Shown: positions 1 to 12,309, counted from the whole stretch's first letter. The stretch is 63,931 nucleotides of DNA, filler included, from Octopus bimaculoides (GCF_001194135.2; 8 parts of 7 records of this genome joined end to end with filler, not necessarily neighbours in it), one strand, 5' to 3'. Program-made: numbers and translations. Notes: a model not told the origin generated them from the sequence alone.

Positions 1-232
1 GGCACATAAAAGACACCATTTCGAGCGTGGCCGTTTTCGTGCGGGTGACACGTAAAAGCACCCACTACACTCTCTGAGTGGTTGGCGTTAGGAAGGGCAT
101 CCAGCTGTAGAAACTCTGCCAAATCGGACTGGAGCCTGGTGTTGCCATCCGGTTTCACCAGTCCTCAGTCAAATCGTCCAACCCATGCTAGCATGGAAAG
201 CGGACGTTAAACGATGATGATGATGATGATGA
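1..232 (+). mobile_element. SINE 3' part with (GAT)n tail
   Basis: Ends ...gcatggaaagcggacgttaaacGATGATGAT. A related antisense fragment sits at about 424-600. Confidence 0.7.
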
Positions 233-1082
233 TTAAGGAAAAGGAGGTAGGATTTGGATAAAAACTATTTACTTTGAAATTATTTGTGATTAATTCCTGA
301 AAGAGACAAAAGTATTAAATAAATAGTTCTTATCCAAACCCTGACTACCTTCTTTTTCTTAAAATATAAAATTTGTACAACACTTCAAACAATCTATACA
401 TACATACACACACATATACACAAATCATCATCATTTCATGTCCCCTTTTCATGCTGGCATGGTTTAACTGGAACTGGTAAGCTGGAGAGCCGCACCAAGT
501 TCCAGCCTGATTTGGCATGGTTTTTACAGCAGGATGCCCTTCCTGACACCAACCACTCCAAGAGTGTAATGGGTGCTTTTTACGTGCCATTTACATGACA
601 CTGGCAAGCAAAAATTTTTTTCCCACGTGAGTTGCAGACCCCAGTAATGAACTCATTTGCAAACAGTCAATCAGAGCTCACCTCGACCTTGTTGTCAAGT
701 TAATAAACACACTCTACCAAGTAAACTCAAGATGAACATTATTGTAAGTCAACCGATCACCAAGTTATGCCTGATTTTAGAAGGAATCAAGTAATTAGAT
801 TTGCATCAATACCTATTATCGGATTTTGTTGGGGCCCCATATGGTAAAGGTGTGGATGAGAAAAATCTGGGTAGAGGGTGATGTGCTAGCAACTCTCTCC
901 CCTTACTGTTTTAAAAAGTAAAGAACAACACAAATAACTACGCAGAGGTAGCCATGGTTGAAACAAGAACAAGAAGCATTAGTAAAAGAGAAAAGAAGCA
1001 TGGCGACCTTATATTATCGACCATCACTTGTTATGCACTCATAAATTGCTTTGATAGTTGAGCTCTTATTGGTTATATGAGT

Positions 1083-1451
1083 GGAGGCGCAATGGCCCAG
1101 TGGTTAGGGCAGCGGACTCGTGGTTTCAATTCCCAGACCGGGCGTTGTGAGTGTTTATTGAGCAAAAACACCTAAAGCTCCACGAGGCTCCGGCAGGGGA
1201 TGGTGGCGAACCCTGCTGTACTCTTTCACCACAACTTTCTCTCACTCTTACTTCCTGTTTCAGTTGTGCCTGTAATTCAAAGGGTCAGCCTTGTCACACT
1301 GTGTCACGCTGAATATCCCCTGAGAACTCCGTTAAGGGTACACATGTCTGTGGAGTGCTCAGCCACTTGCACGTTAATTTCACGAGCAGGCTGTTCCGTT
1401 GATCGGATCAACTGGAACCCTCGACGTCGTAAGCGACGGAGTGCCAACAAC
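1083..1451 (+). mobile_element. tRNA-derived SINE (about 370 bp, AAC tail)
   Basis: tRNA-like head (tggcccagtggttagg A-box, ggtttcaattccc B-box). Near-identical copies at 1461-1821, 17645-17945 (-) and 63216-63596. Confidence 0.85.
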
Positions 1452-1460
1452 NNNNNNNNN

Positions 1461-1821
1461 NAATGGCCCAGTGGTTAGGGCAGCGGACTCGTGGTTTCAA
1501 TTCCCAGACCGGGCGTTGTGAGTGTTTATTGAGCAAAAACACCTAAAGCTCCACGAGGCTCCGGCAGGGGATGGTGGCGAACCCTGCTGTACTCTTTCAC
1601 CACAACTTTCTCTCACTCTTACTTCCTGTTTCAGTTGTGCCTGTAATTCAAAGGGTCAGCCTTGTCACACTGTGTCACGCTGAATATCCCCTGAGAACTC
1701 CGTTAAGGGTACACATGTCTGTGGAGTGCTCAGCCACTTGCACGTTAATTTCACGAGCAGGCTGTTCCGTTGATCGGATCAACTGGAACCCTCGACGTCG
1801 TAAGCGACGGAGTGCCAACAA
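1461..1821 (+). mobile_element. Same SINE, exact tandem duplicate (probable assembly overlap)
   Basis: Identical to 1091-1451 and separated from it by only 10 N. Confidence 0.7.
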
Positions 1822-3113
1822 CATTGGTTATCTGCAAATGAGTTCATAACTGGGTTCCGGAACTCTCGTGGGGAAAAAAAATTTTGCAACCAGCAACGGC
1901 CACGACTATAATTTCACGGGGGCCATTTACATGACATTGGCAACAGTTGTCTTGACGAGTCTTCTCAAGCACATCATATCGTCAAAGATCTCGGTCACTT
2001 GTCATCGTCTCCGTGAGTATACATACGACTGGCTTTTTTCAGTTTCCGCCAACCAAATCCAACCACAAGGCTTTGGTGGACCCGAGTAGAACACACCCAA
2101 GGTGCCACGCAGTGGGACTGAACCTAACTGTGGATGGAAGACAAACTTCTTATCACAGCCACACCTACGCCTACGTGTGTGTGTGTGTTTATATATATAT
2201 ATATATGCACCATCACCGCTTGGTTTGTTTACATCCTGTATCTTTAGCTGTTTGGCAAAAAGCCATCGATAAATAATATGAGGCTATTTAAAAAAAAAAA
2301 AAAAAACGGGGTCGATTTATTTAATNNNNNNNNNNNNNNNNNNNNNNNNNNNNNNNNNNNNNNNNNNNNNNNNNNNNNNNNNNNNNNNNNNNNNNNNNNN
2401 NNNNNNNNNNNNNNNNNNNNNNNNNNNNNNNNNNNNNNNNNNNNNNNNNNNNNNNNNNNNNNNNNNNNNNNNNNNNNNNNNNNNNNNNNNNNNNNNNNNN
2501 NNNNNNNNNNNNNNNNNNNNNNNNNNNNNNNNNNNNNNNNNNNNNNNNNNNNNNNNNNNNNNNNNNNNNNNNNNNNNNNNNNNNNNNNNNNNNNATATAT
2601 ATATATATATATAATTATTATTATAAAATCTGGTAATTAATCATATATTAATTAATATCGATTAATTATCAGGAGGCCAGCACATCTAAAGAATCAAAGA
2701 GATTCAGAAATAGTATCTGGAATCTCAGGGGATTAAAGTACATTTTTAAAAAATAACGTTGACCACTAACGTGGACAATTAATGTGCTAGAAATAGATCA
2801 CATCTTGTGTCTATTAAGACCTAAATTGTTCTCAACATGAAATAGAGAGAGAGAGAGAGAGAGGGTCAGATAAACAAAGTCAGATAGACAGAAATAGACT
2901 TATACACATATATTTATATATATATATAGCTGACCGCCAACACTTTTTTCTGCAAAATAGGGATAGTTTATCCTGTTCAGGCTATATTATTAGCATTATC
3001 CTGCGATTGAGAATTTAAAATCACTTCTTTAACTTTCTAAGACATCTCAACGCTTCTAAAAGCAAACTTGGTTTGTTTGTTTACGTTTATCGTAATTTGA
3101 ATCTAATATATAT

Positions 3114-3286
3114 CTGGGAAGAGTCATTCTCTTTTGGTGCCTTATAATTTAACACTCACCGGTAAAATTTCCTTCTTTACTTTTCTAAAGTTTTCGTTGC
3201 CTCTCGAAACCTTTCCAATAGTTTTGACTCTTTTACTGGTGAGTGTTTTAAATTATAAGGCACTAAAAGAGAATGACTCTCCCCAG
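3114..3286. mobile_element. MITE with long terminal inverted repeats
   Basis: ctgggaagagtcattctcttttggtgccttataatttaacactcaccggtaaaa is the inverse of ttttactggtgagtgttttaaattataaggcactaaaagagaatgactctccccag. Confidence 0.75.
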
Positions 3287-3497
3287 ACACAACAGAATAT
3301 GTTTCAATACACGAACTCACATAAAGTATATGCATTGATTCATGAAGTATTAACAGTAATTGATCATAGTAGTCATTTGATAAAAAGATGATTGGTTTTG
3401 TAAATTAGGGGAACGTAGCATGTTGAGTCTGTGATTCTTTTCTTTCGTTATTTTCATATTCGACAACTCTCTCTCTCTCTTTGATATATATATATAC

Positions 3498-3532
<35 letters not shown>

Positions 3533-3716
3533 NNNNNNNNNNNNNNNNNNNNNNNNNNNNNNNNNNNNNNNNNNNNTTAATTAATTAANNNNNNNNNNNN
3601 NNNNNNNNNNNNNNNNNNNNNNNNNNNNNNNNCCGTATTCCCGAGCGTCATACTAATATATACTTTTGTTATTTACACCACCTGTCCTCGTCTGTTGTTA
3701 TTTTTTGTATATTCTC

Positions 3717-3756
<40 letters not shown>

Positions 3757-3912
3757 ACACATAATGTGATGAAAGGTGAATGGGCAAATGGAAAAGAAAT
3801 GGTGAAGAGAGAGAGAGAGGAGGAGGAGGAGGAGGAGGAGGGAGAGGAATATATGTTCCTTTCTTTTCAGTGCAATAAGTAGCTGTAGAAATACTGACAA
3901 TGACTGACTTAC

Positions 3913-4137
3913 CTTTCATACAAATATATTGAATCACATTTTTAGCATCAGGTCGGCAGATCTTTTGTGTATATCCGCTGAATTCAGGTGCACAGTTCTG
4001 TCCCTTGTTGCAATAATATCGTATCATGCCCATTATTTTCCAGTTTTGTTCTCCATTGTTTGTATAATTGCGAATGGCTATTTTGCTTCCAATCGAACAG
4101 TAAGGTTTCTCATAACAAATATCTGCCTCACAAAATC
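3913..4137 (-). CDS. Internal coding exon of an unidentified gene; Cys-rich, divergent sushi/CCP-like extracellular module
   Basis: On the minus strand: acceptor ttatttgatttattgcag, donor AAAG|gtaagt. The 225 nt are open, phase 1-1: FCEADICYEKPYCSIGSKIAIRNYTNNGEQNWKIMGMIRYYCNKGQNCAPEFSGYTQKICRPDAKNVIQYICMK (7 Cys, Y-x-C-x-x-G motif). Confidence 0.7.
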
Positions 4138-5225
4138 CTGCAATAAATCAAATAATTAGTACGTATGCAATACCATTCAGCTTTACTCTTCTCGTTATTG
4201 TTATCGTTGTTGTTAAGCACCTTGTCAACATTGATCGAGTAGACGTTCCCGCTGTAACTATTCAGACATTTATGAATATCACAGCTAAGAGCTGTTGCCG
4301 ATTGAATGAACTATATTTGAATATTACTTACGCCGATGCACACCAAATATGAAAGGCAAAGCCGACTCAGCGGAGATTTGAACTCCGAGATGTAACTGGT
4401 TACGCCCTTGAATAATTAGAGATGATTTGTATCTTTAAAATAGAGAATCCGGAAAGTAACTCAAAGCAACTGACTGTTGGGGGTCATGTTGCAGCGATGG
4501 CGATAATGGCAATGGAAGAGAGAAAGCGAGGGAGAGAGGTGGTCACATTGTTTGCTGTTGTAGGGGTTGTATTGATTACTGGTCAGACTGGTAAATGAAT
4601 AAACTGTAAAACTTACATAAAAACTGCCCTTATTCGTATCAGTTTTTGTTACAGTTAATGCTCAGACCATGCGATCCATATATAGTTTCTGTAACGACTT
4701 TAATCGTTCTATAACTGGATGACATTCAGTAACTCATCTGAGTGATAAAATTGCTACTAGTCTCTCGACAAAGTGAACTGAGACAAGAAAGAGTTGTATC
4801 CTGTACTGCGGCACAATACAGGATAAAGTTTGTATACATGATCCTTTATTTAGTAGTCTTATGCTTTATAACCCGTATGCTTAACTCGGTTACAAATACT
4901 AATACTGATGAGTTTGTTCTTTTTTGTGGTTACTTTTAATTTCAAGCTATTTAACTGCTTTATCCATCGAGCTCCGAACTTTTGGTAGTGGAATACTTTA
5001 ATTGTGCGCATCGTTGACTTTATATTAGTTGCCTGTAAGATTCCACAGCGGAGTAGAAACAAGTGTTCCCAAAACAACAGTTTTGTCTTCCACCACACCG
5101 AAGGCAGTGTTGGAGTTACGTAATTAGAAACAGGTTTATTATTACCTATTTTACGTTGGCGAACTATGGGATTTACTCACAGTGATCTTCCTTGGCGAAC
5201 ATTCTAGAAGCTTCCAAGAAATCGG

Positions 5226-6310
5226 GGATCTTTCTGATTTGGCGGACACCATTTTTTATTTAGTGTTTATTTAGTGTGTTTTCTACCGAAACACTTTAAA
5301 ACTTCGTATACTTGTATGTTTTGTCTTATAGAACAGAGAAAAAGTTTTATATTCGAAGTTATTTCATGTTAAAAATTGTCGTATTTCGGTAATTTCAACC
5401 AATCACTGACGTCTATTCAGCTGAATACAGTTACTGCTGTTCTTTGTCAACAATAATTTGTGGCAGTGTATATATCGTTAGTCCCTGGTAATCCTTTTGA
5501 ATTAAGCACCAGTTATGCACTGGGATTAATATAATTGACTTACCCCTTCCCTCAAAAACCAGGCCTTGTGCCTATGATAGAAAGGTTTATTAGCTACTGC
5601 CAATATGCTTGAATTACACTATTCTACTTGCTTCAGTTGATTGGATAATAGCTAATAAGGGAATCAAGTCAACAAAATAGTTGAAAGAAAGGGCTTCCAA
5701 ACAGTTGCTTCATTTCCTAGAAATAGCAGCCAAATCTTCCTCAAATCAAACTCTACCATCATTTAGAAAATGTGCTACCGAGTACACAGTACATAGAAAA
5801 TTACCGAAAAATTGTTGAACAGATTTTCACGAAATGTGGCAAAAATACTCATTGGGTGAGCGGTTTGAAACGAGATTATCTAAAACCCTAACCCTAACCC
5901 TAAAACCCTAACCCTGACCCTAAAACCCTAACCCTAACCCTAACTCTAAAACCCGAACCCTAACCCTAAAACCAGTACAAACGCACGAACGATGTCATAA
6001 ATAACAGTACCGCCGATAGTTGTTGTTGACAAACAACAGCAGTAATTTTATTCAAAGGAAAAGATCCCCTTACACCGCCAGAACGTGTTGTTGTCAAACT
6101 ACGGCAGTTATTGTTTTCACCTCAATAGACGTTAGTGATTGGTTGAAATTACCGAAATACGACAACTTTTAACATGAAATAACTTGGAATATAAAAACTT
6201 TTTTTAACAAGGCTAAGAGAAAAAGATGTTTTATATGACACATTCTACCAGTATCCCAAGTTTGAAAGTGTTTGTTAGAAAACAAATGGTGTCCGCTAAA
6301 TCAGAAAGAT
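5226..6310. mobile_element. Foldback/MITE-like element with about 210-bp inverted arms
   Basis: 5226-5440 is an imperfect reverse complement of about 6100-6310 (e.g. gtcgtatttcggtaatttcaaccaatcact / agtgattggttgaaattaccgaaatacgac). Confidence 0.7.
5881..5972 (+). repeat. Interstitial telomere-like repeat (CCCTAA with CCCTAAAA variants)
   Basis: The 20-bp unit taaaaccctaaccctaaccc occurs about 3 times, followed by degenerate units. Confidence 0.9.
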
Positions 6311-7422
6311 CCAAAATCGGATTTGTGCCTCTTTTACTAATCTCATTGAGCCGTGGAATGTTCTAGAAGGTTTTTTAAGTCACCAGGGAGAACTAGAATT
6401 CTTTGAGGCCATATACTGAATAGCCGCGGGATTTCAGTCTCTTTTCGACTGTCGGTCTTCGACCTAAACACATATCTGTGTTTGAGAGCGCACAGTTTTT
6501 ACGATACGTGGCCTAAGCAAACGAATGCCTCCGACGAGCAGCCTAGTATTTCAAAGTTTTCAAGTCACACACCATGTGCATGACTTACTCTTTCACTTCA
6601 AGTAAATCTAAGTAGCGTTCGAAATCCTCTCGTACATTTTAATTCAACTTCCTCACACAGAACGCTTCATGTACCGCTTCACCCGAAGCATGTCATTGGT
6701 GAATTCCTACCTGTTCTGAATTATGTTAAATGATTTGTGAAGTTCAAGGAAATCTCTTTTGTTTATTCCAACAAAGAATGCTTTTGGCCTTTCGTAACAC
6801 GAGGATTTTTGCTTCTTAATTAATCCCTAGTTCCAATAGTAACAAGGCCATGTCATAGCCTTAGCTCTTATTACAGTGGTTGAATGTTCAAGGTTACAGT
6901 AACCAACTATCATTTGTAACAGCAGCATATAAATAGAACTTCTATTCGCACAAAACGCTTTTTTCTCACAGATGAAGATACGAAGAAGTGTCAAAAACAC
7001 TGGTCTTCGCTAAATTGATAAACATATATCAATATTTTCATTTTCTAGTATATTTTGCTAGTATAGTCTTAAACGCATATTAGATAACACGATAATAGCC
7101 ATACCTTCTTATATCTGGCAATCTGATACTGTATAATAAAGATATTGAGAGAAGTATTGTACATATTCTTTTACTAATTTAAAACTTTGGATTGCAGCTA
7201 GTCTGGGACAACACGTTCAAAGTATTCTCTAACCTTACAGAAGCTAGTACAACCACAACACTGGTTTAATTTTCCATCAATAGAACTAGGAAGATATAAA
7301 AAAATGTATGATAAACAGGATTTTTCATTGATATAAACTTAAACAAAAAGACGGACGAAGTCATATACACATCTATAAATATATACACATACACTCGCAC
7401 ACATATATTTATGTGTAACTTA

Positions 7423-8279
7423 TCTATAAAAGGCAGATTTTTCTCTGTGTGTGTGTGTATGTTGAAAATTCATACATTTACACAATTCCAAATTTCTTGA
7501 ATGAAAGAATCGGAATTAATATTCTAAATACCATAACTTAGGTCACAGCGTCATTTTCCCCCTCAAAATAACACACAATTACGAATAAAATCCATTAAAC
7601 TACACAAAATAACATTTTCCCCCCTAATAGAATCTAATTTCCTCTTTCTACTACCTTTACAAATCCTTTCAACTCTTACTTTCTCTTCTGAACCTTTACG
7701 AACGATCCAACAACAAATACAAAAAATACAAACTACGGAGCTTATGGACAACACATTGCAAATCAGTGAACTTCATTACAAAGAAGAGAGCTTGCTGGGG
7801 AAAGAAAGCAACCGGTTTAAAAAGACAGCAACAGACTGCAGCAATTCACCACATTCCAGAAGCTACTTTGAACATAATGCAAAATGGTGCATCAACATCT
7901 ACTGCCCAATCTGATAGAATTCTGGCTGAACTGTGTAGCAATAGATCGCCAGCAATTGCTCCATTAGAAATTGCCGTCCTACCTTCTGCGAAAAGGGATT
8001 ACCTTGCAATGTATAATCAAGGCAGCGCAAAAAGTTGTTTCGCACATGCATTTCTATAGTCAATTAGACGGATGAAATTTAAGTACGCTTAATAATTTTA
8101 CGCAAAACAGCCTTCACACTTTCCCTATTAATTTCATCGTCTTTTGAATTATGAACATATTTACATCATAGGGTTTTTTTCGTCGTAAGGCTTTCTTTTT
8201 TAGTTGATTTTCACCTAGCAAGACTTATCATAGATGGCGTAATAAGTCACACCCAGACAACGTCGGGTTATACTGCTAG
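7423..8279 (+). mobile_element. Non-autonomous Helitron
   Basis: Starts TC(TATAAAAGGCAG) after A and ends CTAG before T (A|T target). Subterminal hairpin cccagacaacgtcggg. Confidence 0.75.
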
Positions 8280-8508
8280 TATACTATATAATGTATATAT
8301 ACTATATATATAATACATAGTGGATATATAGATATAGATATAATGCATAAAAATATATCAATAAATAACCCCCCCCCCACACACACATGTATATACACAT
8401 GCATGTAGTTTTCTTTTTTAAATTAAAACTGAAGCCGAGAACTTGTCTCGCGGATCGAGTTTCACTCCATTGCAGAAGATAGCAATGGCGTGAAACTCAG
8501 TATACATA

Positions 8509-8546
<38 letters not shown>

Positions 8547-8699
8547 ACATAATACATATTTACACATGTGTAAGTATATATAAGGCAGAATATATAATAT
8601 AATGATATGATATAATAAGAATTTAGAGTTTATAAACGAATCCATGAAATCAATAAAATTAAAAATGGATTAAAACCTTCAAGTGATCAAGTGGCCAGA

Positions 8700-10600
8700 A
8701 CAAAAATCAGCACGATTGAGTTCGGGTATAATACAAATATAACAGGTATATTAGAGCAATCAATTATAGCTAAATGTAATCGAAAGTATGGGGAGAGGCC
8801 AGGAGGTGAGGTAATACATCGCATTATAAACATTAATAAATACATTAATAACACTAATAATTAAGCTTGAAGGAGATAGGTAGGAGGTGCAAGAGAATAG
8901 GATAGTTGGTAGTGGTTAAAATACACAGGGGCTAGAGGATTACGTAACCTGTTTAAAATAGTTAAATACTAGATAACTTTTATGCATACATGATAATCGA
9001 AGTTCCAGTCTATTAAGTAAGTTCTCATTGTCCCTATTCTTTGATATCTCATATAGTTCCGTGCAGCATAGAATACATCCATATCTATTGTTAGAATACG
9101 CTCAGACTCTACGAATGATGTTCCATATAATAACAAATTTAACATTATTATCCCTAAGTTCCAAAATTTTCGTAGATAATGAGATAATATTGGTCTTATG
9201 TCTGAGTTTAAATGAGTAAAGATGGTTGCGCAATCTTGCTTTGAAGTTGCAAGAGCAACCTATATAGGTAAATGCATTAGTATCAGTTATTATAATACTC
9301 TTATAAACTATATTTTTAGCTAAACAATCTTCACTAAGCGGACATTTGCTTTTATCGCGATAATTGCAGCCATTGGTAATCACCTTGCTATTATTATATA
9401 CCTCATAGCTAATATTACTAACTACCAATCTTGATATTATCGTGAGTATTGGTATTAATGTTTACGTAGTTTCCATAGTTGCCTATAAAGACTTTGTTTA
9501 CCTTATTCGTGCTCATTCCTAATACCAAGGCCATCAATCACCACGCTATGACTTACCCCACTAGAAATGTTATAACTAGAATAACTAACATCTTTATAGT
9601 CAGTAGACGGTAGGTTAGGGAGCATTAAAACGGTAGCTTGCTTATCAGTATCATTAAGCACGTTCGAAGTGCTTACCCTACTTGGTATTGCAACAGGTGG
9701 TAGTACAAATTCGGGTGTAGGAAGGCGAGACCCTGATTCATGACTCTTGCCAGTATGTGTACCCGATCGTGATAAACCAATGCTGTCGTAATTTACCGTT
9801 CTAAGTTATCTACCACTACTACTACTAATACCATTTCCAATACTGATACCATACGTTCTTCAATTAAAAGGTAAGTTAATACTGCTAGCACTAAGGGGAC
9901 ACTTCAAGTTTGTGTTACTAATATTTCTATTTCTATTTTGTACTGCTATTTTATTGTTATGAGCTAATGCAATATTTCTTTTATTTAGACCCGCCATTAT
10001 CGTGCCTACATTTGGGAGGGTAGAGTGCGAAACTTTAATTTTCCTACTAGAGTATATACTGCTGTATCTATGCAAGGGGAGATGGGGAAATTCTTTTCTC
10101 AAATATAGAATAGTTTATTATAGATATTTATGGTTATTGCGTCATTGAAAGGCAGCTTGAACCAGATTACATCATCATTGTGTAGTTCATTATTATAACT
10201 AAGTTCCCAAATTTTCGTAATGAGATAATATTGGTCTTATGTCTGAGTTTAAATGAGGAAAGATGGCTGCGCAATCTTGCCTTGAAGTTGCAAGGGCAAC
10301 CTATACAGGTAAATGTGTTAGTATCAGTTATCATAGCACTCTTATAAACTATATTTTATAAGAGTACTATCTAGAATTTCTAAACTTACGGTTGATTCTT
10401 AACTTATGTAATACATCCTTATTTTTATTACTATTATTATTGTCACCGATAATATTATTATTAACACTCATATTCATCTCGTCGATAGTATTATTACTGC
10501 CATCTATTTTACCTCTATTATTTAAATATTTATAGTTGTAATTTCTACATCACCGCTAAAACCATTTCCACCAGACCCAAAGATTAAGTTATCAGACAAT
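8700..10600 (-). mobile_element. Decayed Penelope-like element (GIY-YIG endonuclease and RT C-terminal region)
   Basis: 9102-9428 reads CNYRDKSKCPLSEDCLAKNIVYK...TYIGCSCNFKARLRNHLYSF. 9860-10102 reads KIKVSHSTLPNVGTIM, the PLE region before the endonuclease. The GIY-YIG segment is partly duplicated at about 10205-10357. Confidence 0.75.
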
Positions 10601-12309
10601 CTAACCTTATGTTCTTTAGTATCGTGCCTACGCAATTTAAGCAAGTTGTATCCAGTGATTTAAAGATTAAAAATAAAATAGTCTTTTCTTTTGAAGTTAG
10701 AGCAGGATATCTTATTCTCATCCCCTATTCTGTATTCTTACTCCCACTACAAATTATTCCCTACCTCTCTCCCCGCTCCTGTCACCCGAATGATTTTCCT
10801 GTGTAAACTACTGGCTAGGGTAAGCGAGTCATTTTTTTTTTTGTGAAGCTATCCAAGAATCATGAAGTTGCACATAATGTTGATTCTTGGAATGTTTTTT
10901 TTTAAATGTTTATTTCGCGTATATTCACCCGATGAAAACGTTTTTTTTCGCATGATGTAATAACTCCATTCATCAAAAAAAAAAAAAAACTAGTTTGAAA
11001 CAGCTGTAGTAAACGAACCAATTTCCATCTGTTGTTATTCATTTATTTTTCATCTTACTCTGAACCTGCAATTAGCGTGGATATGGAGTATGTGCAGTAC
11101 AATAGGTACAGTATGTGTTCATTGGTATAACCTTGAGACTCGTAGTATATTCAGTCAGGCGCTTGTGATCGTATACGAAACTGGAATTTTAATCCGTTTG
11201 TACTTCGGTATGTACGTATATGTTCCTATAATTTTGTTTTGTACACGATTGCTATTTCTTTGACCCGAACTTGGTGCTTTACTATTTAGGTAACTGATTC
11301 ACTTAAATCCTGAACTCTTATATATACATATATATATGCATAATGTTTAAATGTATCTTTTCTTTAATATTTATTTCTTTTCTTTTCATCCACTTTTTTC
11401 CTTATTGTAAGATACTTTACTGAAAGCAGTTATTCTCTTTTTCTATCTTTTCTTTCTTTATATTTTGTCCCTCTTTCTTTTCCTCCATTCGATCACTTCT
11501 TTTTCTTCCAACCATTACCACTATTCTTATTCTAATTCTAATTCTTTTCTAATGTGTAGCAATGGAATTGCAACTTCACAACATACGCACGAAGATGTAT
11601 GATGTGTATTGTGTATATATGTGTATATATATATATGTGTGTATGTGTGTGTGTGTGTGTGTGCGCGCGTAGTTAACTATATAATATACATTAGTATATA
11701 TATTCATATTTATATTTTGCCTTTGAATGTTTGTAGATATGTATGTATGTGTACGTTAGCGTTTGTATGTTTAGTGTACGCATGTACGTTTGTTTGTTAG
11801 TGTGTATAAGTACAGTGTGTTTATTTTTAGGCTATTTGATTTATGTAAGTGAATATGTTTATAATACACACATTTATATAGTTTAAATTAAAGTTATTTT
11901 ATCATTAATTGATTTATTCTGGGTATATACGTTTTTTCCTTCTAACTACAGTCATTTTTGAAACTTTGATTTTTGATTTAAGGTTTTCTTTGAACTCACA
12001 TAATCATCATTGAAAAAACTATTAGTCGAAAGGACCAATGAAAAGAAACCAATTTCAAATGTGTGTGTGTGTCAGAACTGTCCGAGGAACGGGAACGGGA
12101 AACTCTGAGTAGCAGTTTTTTTGTGATATTTTTGTGATGTTTTTGTAGCTTTAATAATAATAAAGCATACTACTCGACCTCCAGTATTCGAGTACCATTT
12201 CCCCCATCCCCACCTTGTTTCACATTTATCTGCTTACTTTGGTGTAACCCGCTCCTTTTTAAGAAAGTTTGAGCGACTCTACACAAGTAGGAAGAAAAAA
12301 ATGGAGCTC

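Noticed and set aside
1083-1140. tRNA-like A/B-box sequence
   Set aside because: It is a SINE head with no complete cloverleaf, and it continues into a repeated SINE body.
1091-1821. Perfect tandem duplication of a SINE giving two identical 92-aa ORFs
   Set aside because: The copies are identical and separated by 10 N, typical of an unmerged contig overlap. The ORF is a chance frame in a non-coding SINE.
3577-3588. TTAATTAATTAA palindrome recurring 7 times (also 13720, 26600, 38165, 44635, 57055, 62669)
   Set aside because: It is always centred in a 44N-12-44N block, so it is a scaffolding gap marker and not biology.
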